Source: Fibrobacteria bacterium
GTDB taxonomy: Bacteria; Fibrobacterota; Fibrobacteria; UBA11236
Direction: 5' to 3'
Length of the DNA: 64,000 nt
Assembly: GCA_043745805.1 (NCBI GenBank)
Contig: JAYTSD010000001.1
Coordinates: 128,001-192,000, forward strand
Shown: positions 21,801 to 30,883 of the stretch, one piece after another
Position numbering within the stretch: position 1 is the stretch's first letter
How the letters are laid out: each line of letters begins with the position of its first letter
The notes under the pieces: generated by a model
What the model saw: the letters and a program-made list of their open reading frames with translations, nothing else
Database searches by the model: none
Told to the model about the DNA's origin: nothing
Program-made: the position numbers and the translations under genes

Positions 21801-22554
21801 GGGACGTACGGGAAGTGTATTTAATCAAATACGCCTTTTCCCAAATCAGCCACAATTACGGTTCACTGCGCCAGTGCATGAACAAATTTTACCGGCTATT
21901 GAACAGTCAGGCGTACCTGTAATTTATACGGATATACATATTATTCATACTGGCTATGTGGATGAAGCAACTGGTCAAGCTAAGCAAAAACGTAATCGGG
22001 AAATTTTAGAAAAACAAATTCAAGCTGGTAAAGGGGTAACACCTATAAGCTACTTCACTTTGGGTAATGCGTGTTTGGACTTAGGCGAATATGGACAAGC
22101 TATAAATTATTATCGGCAAGCGAATGATTTAGCGCGACAGCGTGGCAATAACCCGCATGTTATTGAATGGGCACCTGTTAAAGAAGCGGTTTGTTTGGCT
22201 TACCTTAAGCGTTACCCAGAAGCGGAGTCGCTTTTGAAAAAAACTTTGAAGGGTCCAGGAAATCCGGAAGCCGTTTTAGTTAAAGCCCAAGTGGAAGAAG
22301 CGCAATTACATCCCGATGAAGCACGCGATTGGTATGAAAAACTTCTTGGTTATGTGGAGGGAAATACTTTTATGCCGGTAGATTATCAATTGTATAAAAT
22401 CAAAGCCTTGCGTTTTCTCGGACAGTACTGGAATGATCGATCAAAACCCGATTTAGCGCTTACTTTGTTAAAAGCGGGACTACGCATAAAAAATGGGGAA
22501 GAGTATAATTTAGAAGCGCTGCAATCGGATTATCGTCGCTTTAATGCGGTATAA
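18841..22554 (+). CDS. Triple (GT2-TPR) protein glycosyltransferase
   Basis: Three repeats of IVKNE...DTGSTDGT...DFS.ARN...W[LV]DADD...RLFPN...HEQ...H.GY, each followed by TPRs. Confidence 0.9.
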   Translation: MPSLDLSICSIVKNEASNIEALANCLPLKSIQWVVVDTGSTDGTCNLLNKQNILPQNFVWGNDFSAARNYSLSLAKHNWILWLDADDRVDEKFWDKISELIKGPRQAYRMQICSPRESSKGEIFLQIRLFPNDMRIRFEGRIHEQLGSSLGKTNILIVDSDLQIQHFGYDTEVKRESKRQRNFSILQEEVNEFPDDPTVNMEFGNALVQFGKYGEAIKVYRRMLGDLDPEKLGTAPKNEILLFYPLLLGETFEKMGQLIEAEKWYSLALNWHIPHLKPYFYMGKKFMHSGDKNKAWEYFSEALKLGTPISKVATDQDALRRNCLAYSVLLAILDDTESRLFLANEYLEELIAGGLNPFPLDYELPIEFYQKQNNKLGLEKYLKLFLLEFPNDIPKQKLLHESRNEKTPTPEFKKNLPLEKENLAELFKNFGTIKKPLESKYRHGKLSVVMIVKNEANNIAAAIESFRPIADEFVVNDTGSTDGTQTILETLGVTWFQTAWQKDFSLARNQSIDKATCAWIMWVDADDRLPFDQIENFKKLKTAPLDRIFGVEIINTKAGQPLGSRFMQVRLFPNHARLRFCYRIHEQIMQSAAKLGLHTFSVPATLYHTGYEDESLKKIKAQRNLELLAEETERLQTEPSLAMSKGDSLYILEEWEKGIEAYKVALEIPDCEAINRDIFFELPCCIGRGYQYLGKYSEAIMWLRKSAILQPQKLEPVFYEAECLLKMGQEKEAKTLLQKILSMPPPNSTTSNQYDIFKIYAYHLLANFLFNEKQYSKAAQLLEEMHKHYAQVMESWHLLGQCYLCLGENAKAEQCWRTAVDMNPALFEPLAKDFLNLLQMNGKKDLEKKYREQLSQHFPSLTIKENQQPLLSLCMIVKNEMSHLPACLKSVNGLAEEVIIYDTGSTDGTQAMAATYGARVLQGEWNGDFSEARNHSIDAAKGKWILWLDADDILLLADKQRLRLLVESHADKPFRAFGFLVKNSQDGGRTGSVFNQIRLFPNQPQLRFTAPVHEQILPAIEQSGVPVIYTDIHIIHTGYVDEATGQAKQKRNREILEKQIQAGKGVTPISYFTLGNACLDLGEYGQAINYYRQANDLARQRGNNPHVIEWAPVKEAVCLAYLKRYPEAESLLKKTLKGPGNPEAVLVKAQVEEAQLHPDEARDWYEKLLGYVEGNTFMPVDYQLYKIKALRFLGQYWNDRSKPDLALTLLKAGLRIKNGEEYNLEALQSDYRRFNAV

Positions 22555-22592
22555 ATATTTAAATTCTTAGTAAAAACTTTTGAGGAGAAAAA

Positions 22593-22916
22593 CTGGAAGA
22601 AAAAAATTGGAGTCTTTATTTGATTCGTAATTACAAAGGCGATTTGTATACGGGCATTACCACTGATGTAGAAAGGCGCTTTACGGAACATAGTCAAGGG
22701 CAAAAAAAAAGCGCGAAATGTTTACGGGGCAAAGGCCCATTAACATTAGTTTTTCAGCAATCCATAGGTAATCGATCACTTGCTTTAAAGGCAGAAGCGG
22801 CTTTCAAAAAAATGTCTAAAGCAAGCAAAGAAGCTTTTATTCAATCGAATAATTTAATTGCTATTTCTGAAAACCTAAAAAAAGACTTTGAAAAGCTGGA
22901 AAAACATGAAGATTAA
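22593..22916 (+). CDS. GIY-YIG nuclease family protein (UPF0213/YazA-like), probable CTG start
   Basis: WSLYLIR...LYTGITTDVERRFTEH...ALKAEAAFKKMSK. GAGGAG RBS lies 5 nt before an in-frame CTG at 22593. Confidence 0.8.
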   Translation: MEEKNWSLYLIRNYKGDLYTGITTDVERRFTEHSQGQKKSAKCLRGKGPLTLVFQQSIGNRSLALKAEAAFKKMSKASKEAFIQSNNLIAISENLKKDFEKLEKHED

Positions 22917-22967
22917 CGCAAAAAAAAATAAAATCTCCAAAAGCAGAAGCTTTTTTAAGGAAAACAT

Positions 22968-22994
22968 TAAAGTAATCCTTCAATCTTCCGATAT
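22968..22994 (+). promoter_or_regulatory. sigma28 (FliA) promoter of flgM
   Basis: TAAA-N15-TCCGATAT versus consensus TAAA-N15-GCCGATAA. Confidence 0.75.
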
Positions 22995-23049
22995 ATAAAA
23001 TAAGCCTCGAAATGAAGCGGTCAGAAACCCTCCACGAAGGCAGGTAAGT

Positions 23050-23343
23050 ATGAGTGCAGAAATAATTTCCAAAGTAGTACAAATCTTAAGGTCGCAGGAC
23101 TACGGCGTTAAGGACCTCAAAGCTGCTGAAGTGGTAAAGAATATTAGTGAACCTAAAGATGAAGTAAGCTTAACCGAAGAAGCGGAAACCTATGTGGTGC
23201 AAGCCGCTACGCAAACCGAGTTTGAAAAAGAACAATTTCTTAAAGTCGAGCGATTGAAAAGTATGGTTCGCACCAAAACCTATCATATGAATGAAGAAAT
23301 GATGGATGATATTGCTAAAAAAATAGCTCAAATATTCACTTAA
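23050..23343 (+). CDS. flgM: Anti-sigma28 factor FlgM
   Basis: KDEVSLTEEA...KVERLKSMVRTKTY...DDIAKKI pattern; 97 aa; sigma28 promoter upstream. Confidence 0.75.
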   Translation: MSAEIISKVVQILRSQDYGVKDLKAAEVVKNISEPKDEVSLTEEAETYVVQAATQTEFEKEQFLKVERLKSMVRTKTYHMNEEMMDDIAKKIAQIFT

Positions 23344-23370
23344 ATTGATTTTTTTCGTAATCTACGATAC

Positions 23371-23405
23371 AATAAAAAAGGCTCGCACAACGGACCTTTT
23401 TTATT
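23371..23405 (+). terminator. Probable intrinsic terminator after flgM
   Basis: AATAAAAAAGG...CCTTTTTTATT inverted repeat with T tract. Confidence 0.6.
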
Positions 23406-23507
23406 TCTCCCCACAGCTTCATTCTCCAGTTTTCCTTTGTTATTTTTGCCAGTAATTCCTAAAAGGAAAAAAGAGAAACTAAAATTTTACGAAATTGAAA
23501 TTAATCT

Positions 23508-24497
23508 ATGGTAACAAATATGATACCCATTAAAAAACTGGAACCTGATTCGCTCATTCAAGCTGCAGGCATACTTCGAGGCGGAGGTTTAGTGGCCTTT
23601 CCTACCGAAACAGTTTATGGATTAGGTGCCGATGCTTTAAATCCTTTAGCCTTGGCAAAAGTTTTCGCGGTAAAACAGCGACCCTATTTTGATCCTTTAA
23701 TTGTCCATGTGGCGGAACGCAGTTGGCTAGTAAAGCTTTGTGTAGTTTCACCGCAAGCCGAAAAATTGATGGATGCCTTTTGGCCAGGCGCTTTAACATT
23801 AGTATTACCAAAGTTACGCCTAGTTCCCGATTTGGCAACCGCGGGTCATGCCACGGTGGCTGTTCGCCAACCCTCACATTTAGGCGCCTTGGCTTTATTA
23901 CAGCAAGCGGGCATACCCATTGCCGCTCCGAGTGCTAATCCCTTCGGGCAGCTGAGTCCAACAACCGCAGAGCATGTACAAAAACATTTTACCGAAGGTA
24001 TCGATTTGATTTTGGATGGCGGCCCTTGTAATATTGGGGTAGAAAGTACAGTACTTTCTTTGGTAGGGGAAACGGCTGTGTTACTTCGATCTGGAGGTGT
24101 TTCGAAAGAAGCCATTGAAGCTTTAATCGGTCCCATTCAAGGTGGTTTAGTGGACCCAATCAAACCGGAGGCTCCAGGACAATTGCCTCAGCATTATTCC
24201 CCTCTAACACCGTTCAAAGTTTGGTCAGAAGGTAACTTTCCAGATACCATACCTCAAAATCAGCGTCTAGGAATTTTACGGTTTAAAAACTCCGCTTTTT
24301 TCCCCACGGAAGTGGTGGAAGAAATACTTTCTCCCTCTGGAGATTTGAATCAAGCCGCTACAAATTTATTTGCAGCTTTACATCGATTAGATGGTTTGAG
24401 TTTAGACATGATTTGGGCTGAGTCCGTTCCAGAAAAGGGCTTGGGATTAGCTATCATGGATCGTTTAAATCGAGCGGCGGCAAAAGCTCCAATTTGA
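23508..24497 (+). CDS. tsaC: Threonylcarbamoyl-AMP synthase (Sua5/TsaC)
   Basis: VAFPTETVYGLGA, KQRP..DPLIVH, AAPSAN, APGQLPQHYSP, AIMDRL motifs. Confidence 0.95.
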   Translation: MVTNMIPIKKLEPDSLIQAAGILRGGGLVAFPTETVYGLGADALNPLALAKVFAVKQRPYFDPLIVHVAERSWLVKLCVVSPQAEKLMDAFWPGALTLVLPKLRLVPDLATAGHATVAVRQPSHLGALALLQQAGIPIAAPSANPFGQLSPTTAEHVQKHFTEGIDLILDGGPCNIGVESTVLSLVGETAVLLRSGGVSKEAIEALIGPIQGGLVDPIKPEAPGQLPQHYSPLTPFKVWSEGNFPDTIPQNQRLGILRFKNSAFFPTEVVEEILSPSGDLNQAATNLFAALHRLDGLSLDMIWAESVPEKGLGLAIMDRLNRAAAKAPI

Positions 24498-24699
24498 ATG
24501 TATATCGGATTATATTGTATAAATGGTAACGTATATATCCATTAAATAAAACTTGAAACATTGTTCTATCGCAAATAAGCCAAATGCTTTGGAATTCTAA
24601 ACTGCTTGTTGAAAAAATATCCTGGTGATAAGATTTACTTAGAATTTTTATAAAACCTCAAAGTGTTTTTTTGATTTTGAGATTTTGAAAAGGAAAAGT

Positions 24700-26811
24700 A
24701 TGCAAGCGCCTTTATTACCGCTCGATGAGTTTTCTCGTTTAAAAACGCTTCAGAGTTTAAATATACTCAATACAAATTCCGAAGAACGATTTGAAAGAAT
24801 CACACGTTTAACCCAAAAAATATTTGACGTTCCGATTGTAGCCATCAGTTTAATTGATACCAATAGACAATGGTTCAAGTCGTATATTGGCTTAAATGTT
24901 TGTGAAACCTCTAGAGACATTTCCTTTTGTGGACATGCCATTTTAAATTCAGAAGTATTCGAAATTTCCGATGCCCTAAAAGACGAGCGATTTAATGATA
25001 ACCCTTTGGTTACAGGGTATCCAAAAATCCGCTTTTATGCGGGTCGTCCACTCAAAGCTTTAGATGGAAACAAATTAGGCACGCTTTGTATTATCGATAA
25101 TGTCCCCAAAAAATTATCCCGCGATGACTTAAAAAATTTTGATGATTTAGCCATGCTGGTTGAAAATGAAATAAATTTACAAGAATCCAAGAAATTAATG
25201 GTTCAACTTCGCGCCAGTGAGGAAAAGTTTCGAGCTATGAGTGAAGCTTCACCTTTGGGGATAATCATCTGTGATCCGTCGGGAAATTGTACTTATGCGA
25301 ATAAAGCTTATGAAGTAATTACCGATAGTGACTTTTCCCAACTTATGGATAAAGGTTGGCTTAATTTTATTCACCCTGAAGACAGAGTTGACGTAGGCGA
25401 AGCTATTCGATTGCTCATTGAGGATAATAAACCCTATCACACCTATCATCGTAAGTTAACAAGTGGGGGTAAGGTAGTTTGGGTAAGTTCGAATGCCGCA
25501 CCGATGTACGAGGGACAAAATATTATTGGATTTGTAGGCATATCAGAAGATATTACTTTGCAAAAAAATATTGAAGCCGAATTACATAAAGCAAAAATCG
25601 AAGCGGAAATGGCTAGTCAAATGAAAAGTGAATTTTTAGCTAATATGAGTCATGAAATTCGCACGCCTATGAATGGGGTTATTGGTTTATCGGATATGTT
25701 ATTTGATACTCCACTTAATTCAGAACAAAAAGAATTAGTAGAGAATGTACAGTATTCGGCGAATTCCTTATTGACCATTATAAATGATATTCTTGATTTT
25801 TCAAAAATTGAAGCCGGGAAAATGACTATTTGTAATGAAGCCTTTCAGCCTTTTAATGTTGTAAACGAAACATACAAGATACTGAAACATAAGTGTGACG
25901 CTAAAGGACTACAATTTAAATGCGATTTAGAGGGCTTGAAATCATTGACTCTGTATGGCGATTCTGGCCGTATTCGACAAATATTACTAAACCTAATTGG
26001 GAATGCCATTAAATTTACACAAGCTGGCTCGGTTAGCATTAGTGGAGATTGTAGCCCATTAAGATCAGGTTGGGTCGAGTTAAAAATTAGCATTAGAGAT
26101 TGCGGTGCTGGAATTTCACCAGAAAAAATACCCTTACTTTTTCAAAAATTCAATCAACTTGACAATTCTACTACTCGTCAATTTGGGGGTACAGGATTGG
26201 GATTGGCCATCTGTAAATCACTAGTTGATTTAATGGGTGGAGAAATTGGTTTGCATAGCATATTGGGTAAAGGCTCTGAATTTTATTTTACTATACCCTT
26301 TCAGGAATTAAAGGAACATATAAAAGTACCCCATGTAAGCCCTTCGAGTAATGTGGAAAAAGTTTATAATAATAAGCAACATGAAATGTGTTCCTTAATT
26401 TTAGCGGGCACTCCAGACTTAAAAATTAAGGGAAGAATTCTTCTTGCAGAAGACAATCCTATTAATCAAAAAGTAGCAATACGAATGTTACAAAAATTAT
26501 CTTGCACAGTGGATGTAGCAGAAAATGGAATAATAGCGAGCGCTCTTGCTTCACAACATTTATATGATGTGATTCTTATGGATTGCCTAATGCCTGAAAT
26601 GGACGGATATATCGCCACGCAAAAAATACGTAGTTTACCGTCACCTTTTGGACAAGTGCCTATTATTGCTTTGACAGCAAATGCTATGACGGGTGATAAA
26701 GAAAAATGTATCCAGAGCGGAATGAATGATTATATCAGCAAACCGATGCGCATTAATGATTTAGCAGAAACCTTACATAAGTGGATACTTAGCGAAGCAA
26801 AAAATCCTTAA
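24700..26811 (+). CDS. Cytoplasmic hybrid histidine kinase (GAF-PAS-HisKA-HATPase-REC)
   Basis: GAF (RQWFKS, SFCGHAI, IRFYAG), PAS (IHPED), FLANMSHEIRTPMNG, GGTGLGL, REC (LMDCLMPEMDG). ATG 24700 follows AGGAAA. Confidence 0.93.
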   Translation: MQAPLLPLDEFSRLKTLQSLNILNTNSEERFERITRLTQKIFDVPIVAISLIDTNRQWFKSYIGLNVCETSRDISFCGHAILNSEVFEISDALKDERFNDNPLVTGYPKIRFYAGRPLKALDGNKLGTLCIIDNVPKKLSRDDLKNFDDLAMLVENEINLQESKKLMVQLRASEEKFRAMSEASPLGIIICDPSGNCTYANKAYEVITDSDFSQLMDKGWLNFIHPEDRVDVGEAIRLLIEDNKPYHTYHRKLTSGGKVVWVSSNAAPMYEGQNIIGFVGISEDITLQKNIEAELHKAKIEAEMASQMKSEFLANMSHEIRTPMNGVIGLSDMLFDTPLNSEQKELVENVQYSANSLLTIINDILDFSKIEAGKMTICNEAFQPFNVVNETYKILKHKCDAKGLQFKCDLEGLKSLTLYGDSGRIRQILLNLIGNAIKFTQAGSVSISGDCSPLRSGWVELKISIRDCGAGISPEKIPLLFQKFNQLDNSTTRQFGGTGLGLAICKSLVDLMGGEIGLHSILGKGSEFYFTIPFQELKEHIKVPHVSPSSNVEKVYNNKQHEMCSLILAGTPDLKIKGRILLAEDNPINQKVAIRMLQKLSCTVDVAENGIIASALASQHLYDVILMDCLMPEMDGYIATQKIRSLPSPFGQVPIIALTANAMTGDKEKCIQSGMNDYISKPMRINDLAETLHKWILSEAKNP

Positions 26812-26985
26812 TGCAGATTTTTGTTTTTAATTGTAATAAACATTTCCAATACTCTAATTGATTTTATTTTATTCCGACCTTATACTAAATAGTAAGGCAT
26901 TTATTTTGCATTATATTTATCTCTAAAAATGAGATACAAAAAAATATATCCACAAATATTTTTCGATTTGTGAGGAGGTTTTATC

Positions 26986-27354
26986 ATGATGAAGGTTTTA
27001 GTAATAGATGATTCAAGGGTGGCAAGAACGATTGTTTGTAATATGCTCGAAGAGTTAGGGTTTCAAACTGTTGAAGCCGCGGATGGACGGGAAGCTTTAG
27101 CCGTCATGGATAAAAACCAAGATGTAGAATTCGCTTTAGTAGATTGGAATATGCCCGTAATGAATGGCCTAGATTTTGTTTTGGCATTACGTCAAATTGA
27201 TAGGTGGAAAGAAACACCATTAATGATGGTGACTACGGAAACCGAAATGGATCAAGTGATTAAAGCCCTATATTCTGGGGCAAATGAATATTTGATGAAA
27301 CCTTTTTCGAAAGATGCTTTAGCTGAAAAGCTTGCCATTTTGGGAGTGTTTTAA
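26986..27354 (+). CDS. cheY: CheY-like response regulator
   Basis: VIDDS, LVDWNMPVMNG, MVTTE, KPF; stop overlaps the cheR start. Confidence 0.88.
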   Translation: MMKVLVIDDSRVARTIVCNMLEELGFQTVEAADGREALAVMDKNQDVEFALVDWNMPVMNGLDFVLALRQIDRWKETPLMMVTTETEMDQVIKALYSGANEYLMKPFSKDALAEKLAILGVF

Positions 27355-28172
27355 TGGCACTCGAGAAAAGCGATTTTAATTTTATTAGTCAACTTGTTCA
27401 GGAAAAAGCGGCTATTCAATTGGAAGCGGGTAAAGAATATTTAGTAGAAACACGACTGCAACCCTTAGCCAAAGCAAACGGTTTTAATACGATTGCGGAA
27501 CTAGTAGGAAAACTAAAACAAGAATCATTCAATACTCTCCATCGTAAAGTAGTAGAAGCGATGGCGACCCATGAGACTACATTTTTTAGAGATATACATC
27601 CTTTTGAAGTAATGAAAAAAACTTTATTACCAGAATTAATCAAAAAAAGATCAGCACAAAAAAAACTTCAAATATGGTGTGCTGCCAGTTCCAGTGGGCA
27701 AGAGCCTTATTCTATCGCTATTTTATTGAAAGAAAATTTCCCCATGTTGGCGGATTGGTCAGTAAAAGTTATCGCTACGGACATTTCTTCTTTTATTTTG
27801 GCACGCGCACGTGAAGGTTGTTATTCACAATTAGAAGTGAATCGTGGGTTACCCGCGCCATTATTGGTTAAATATTTTAAAAAGAACGGACTCGAATGGA
27901 AGGTTCGTGATGATATCAGGGAGATGATAGAATTTCGAGAACTCAATTTAATAGAACCCTATAATTTATCGGGCAAAATGGATTTTGTTTTTATTCGTAA
28001 TGTGCTTATTTATTTCGATTTGAAAACCAAAAAATCCATTCTCGAAAAAATACGAGGTGTTATGCAACCTGACGGTTATTTGTTTTTGGGTGGAGCGGAA
28101 ACCTTATTAAGTATGAATTTAAAATTTCAACGGATGCAGGGCGAAAAAACATCCTATTATTTACCAACCTAA
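27354..28172 (+). CDS. cheR: Chemotaxis protein-glutamate methyltransferase
   Basis: THETTFFRD, IWCAASSSGQEPYSIA, RNVLIYFD, GYLFLGGAE. Confidence 0.95.
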   Translation: MALEKSDFNFISQLVQEKAAIQLEAGKEYLVETRLQPLAKANGFNTIAELVGKLKQESFNTLHRKVVEAMATHETTFFRDIHPFEVMKKTLLPELIKKRSAQKKLQIWCAASSSGQEPYSIAILLKENFPMLADWSVKVIATDISSFILARAREGCYSQLEVNRGLPAPLLVKYFKKNGLEWKVRDDIREMIEFRELNLIEPYNLSGKMDFVFIRNVLIYFDLKTKKSILEKIRGVMQPDGYLFLGGAETLLSMNLKFQRMQGEKTSYYLPT

Positions 28173-28184
28173 TAGAGATAATAA

Positions 28185-28652
28185 ATGAGCCAAATACGCA
28201 CGGCAGACTTACAAGAAATCATGTTTATGGTTTGGGGAGCTTATTTAAATATGCCCCTAGAAAGTGCTTTCGCCTTACAAGGGAATGGTCAATTCACGGA
28301 AAGTTATTTCTGCGCTATTTTAATCACAGGGGAACGGAAATGGCTGATAACCCTCCAATACCCCGAAAAATTTGCCAATATTATGGTGGAAAAATTAATT
28401 CGTAAGCCTGAAGATAGAGTTGTTCCCGGTGAAGAAATTGAAGCCGTAGCAGAACTTGGAAATTTGGTGGCCGGAAATTTAAAAACTCTTTTTCCTTCGC
28501 CTTGCAAGTTGTCGCTTCCCATAGTTCAAAAATCTCATCTTTTTAATTTTTCCATTCCTGATTCTATTTTACATACGCGACAAAGCTACCTATGTAATGA
28601 ACATCAAATTTTACTTGAGGTTTGGGAGCAAAACGTAGCACCTTCTTCTTAA
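28185..28652 (+). CDS. cheX: CheX-family phosphatase
   Basis: EAVAELGNLVAGNLK (ExxN motif) and LSLP. Confidence 0.85.
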   Translation: MSQIRTADLQEIMFMVWGAYLNMPLESAFALQGNGQFTESYFCAILITGERKWLITLQYPEKFANIMVEKLIRKPEDRVVPGEEIEAVAELGNLVAGNLKTLFPSPCKLSLPIVQKSHLFNFSIPDSILHTRQSYLCNEHQILLEVWEQNVAPSS

Positions 28653-28758
28653 TCAAAAAATCCAATTTATTAATAAATAGGTATTCGCATTATTTTTTGA
28701 TATTATTAGCATGATATTTTGTTAATAGATACAAAACGCACAATTAAAATCTGGAGGA

Positions 28759-29626
28759 ATGATGACTTTGTTTTTTACCAAACTGGGTATTCATTTAACA
28801 TGTCTATTTTTTATGTCACTATGTTTTTTGTCTATTCCGTTACAAGCAGAGCGTATCGAAGTTGGTAAAGATTCCGTTAAAAACGGTATGACTATGGAAT
28901 TGGGTGGGGTATTTACTTTAGATTTTAATCGGCATGTTTCAGAATTAGATAATCCTTATTTGCAAATGGGCAAAGCTGAATTAGGGGCAAACCTAGGATT
29001 AAGTAAAGAGTTAAAAGCAACAGTCCTTTTGCATACAGAAGGCGATTTGAAAGTACTCAGTATTACCCAAGCGGCAGCTACTTTAAATCCCGAGGGCGCA
29101 CCGTGGGAAATGGTTTTTGGTCAGCATACTTTTAATTATAGTTTATTAACCACTCGTTTAATTAGCGATCCAAATATTGTAAATGAAGTTTAAATTCAAC
29201 AACCGGGTATTAGTTTTTTTTCCCCAAACGCAATTCGCTTTAGGTGCAGGATTTACGGTAAAAAAATTACCTAGATATAAGGACTCGATAGCTTCAGAAA
29301 ATGACTATGCAGCCATATTAAATGCAGATTGGATCAAGGATGAGCAAACAATTGCAAGACTATCAACCAACTTTACCCATAATACTTTATCAGCAGATAT
29401 TGCACTTTCGTATAGTATAGATCCTGTAGATATTGATGCAGAAGGTTTTCAGCAATTACAAGCTCGTATAGCGGGTGGATTAGTTTATCATCGTAAAGAC
29501 GGAATTTTCGGTGCAGTAGAATTTGCGAGAGTTGAAAATACATACAAGGAGGTGCATGTACAAATCGGCTTAGAATCTACGCTCGAATTACCAGGCTTCC
29601 AAAGAAAGACGCTTACACAAGAATAA
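28759..29626 (+). pseudogene. Disrupted outer-membrane porin (LbtU-like)
   Basis: Signal peptide and ...FGQ...TRLISDP motif. Premature TAA at 29191-29193, then a frame change near the T8C4 tract at 29214-29225; barrel-like strands continue in the second frame. Confidence 0.55.
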
Positions 29627-29685
29627 TTATGTATCATAGGAAAATGAAATTTAGATTAAGAAAATTTCTTAACCTAAATTTTTGA

Positions 29686-30111
29686 TTAAAGTGATGATGT
29701 ACAACAAGGGCAGCGTAGAGCCTTTATGGGGATTGTCGAAAAACATTGCTGACACTCTTTGGTTGTGGTAGTCGGCGCAGGTTGCTTTTTCAATCGATTG
29801 AATTGTTGTATGATCAAAAAAAGTGCAAAGGCAACCAATACAAAGTCAATAAGTGTGTTGATGAATAGACCATAATTTATGGTGGCTGCACCAATGGTTT
29901 TGGCTTCAGCTAGGGATTTCACAGATTTGTCAGATAAATTAAAAAACAAATTGGAAAAATCCACTTTACCAATCAATAAGCCTAGAGGTGGCATCAATAC
30001 ATCATTTACCGCGGAAGTAATAATTTTACCGAAGGCGGTACCAATGATGATACCTATCGACATGTCTAATACATTACCTTTCAAAGCAAACTCTTTAAAA
30101 TCTTTTAACAT
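29686..30111 (-). CDS. mscL: Large-conductance mechanosensitive channel with C-terminal Cys-rich tail
   Basis: [26 protein letters not shown]; tail CQQC...CPCC. Confidence 0.95.
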   Translation of the reverse strand: MLKDFKEFALKGNVLDMSIGIIIGTAFGKIITSAVNDVLMPPLGLLIGKVDFSNLFFNLSDKSVKSLAEAKTIGAATINYGLFINTLIDFVLVAFALFLIIQQFNRLKKQPAPTTTTKECQQCFSTIPIKALRCPCCTSSL

Positions 30112-30243
30112 AATTTTCTCCTTTACTTACAATGATAGCAACGATTTCTCTTTAAATAGTTTGGGACTTGCTAACTTGGAACAAACGAGGATTTTAAATA
30201 AAAAAGAATATTCAATCAGAGGAACGTGGGTTAACCCCAGCAT

Positions 30244-30882
30244 TTATCTACCCATCGAAGAAACCGAACAAAATGTGGAAAAGATATAATCCCTTTCAGC
30301 CATATTGCTGTGGCATTTCGCACACATTGCTTTTACACCTGGATGATCACCTTTGCCTTGAAAATAAATGTTACCATCTTGCCCAATTTGTAAATATTCC
30401 CAATCATTACCCTTGGGATCATATCCTGGTTTATGTTTAATCATAATGGTTAAAAAAGTAGGTATACCAGGCTTGTCATTATCCGAGCGATAATTTTCTT
30501 TTAAAAAGATAGTACCGACCAGATAAGGTTGAAAGGTCGACCTAGTGGCCGTGTCATTGGCTTCGTTATTGTCTAAATATATTCGCACATATTCTTTAAA
30601 ATTATTTAAATAGGTTTGAGCATCTTGATTGACATATACCCGTACAAATTGTTTCCAGTGTAAACCCGAAAATTCAAAACCTGATAATTGGAAAAATTTT
30701 TTTCTATAGTCGCCAAGTTGTTTCTCGAACTGCTTTGGAATTTTAAAAGGGGGAGGATTATATTCTAGCTTAGGAGCGGCCGTATCAGGGCCATTTATCG
30801 ACGCAGATATTTTTTCCTCTCCTGCGTATGCACCTATGAAAAAAATAAATAGGACAGCAAAAATAGACCTATAAGCCCACAT
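30244..30882 (-). CDS. Cytochrome P460-family monoheme protein
   Basis: Signal peptide; VRVYVN, GTIFLKE, IMIK, DWEY, C-terminal CAKCH...DYIFS. Confidence 0.8.
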   Translation of the reverse strand: MWAYRSIFAVLFIFFIGAYAGEEKISASINGPDTAAPKLEYNPPPFKIPKQFEKQLGDYRKKFFQLSGFEFSGLHWKQFVRVYVNQDAQTYLNNFKEYVRIYLDNNEANDTATRSTFQPYLVGTIFLKENYRSDNDKPGIPTFLTIMIKHKPGYDPKGNDWEYLQIGQDGNIYFQGKGDHPGVKAMCAKCHSNMAERDYIFSTFCSVSSMGR

Positions 30883-30883
30883 G

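Noticed and set aside
29191-29193. Programmed stop-codon readthrough in the porin gene
   Set aside because: The stop is TAA and a further frameshift follows within about 30 nt, so decay is the simpler explanation.
29686-29760. Cys-rich tail on MscL as a novelty
   Set aside because: Zinc-ribbon-like tails are a familiar MscL variant.
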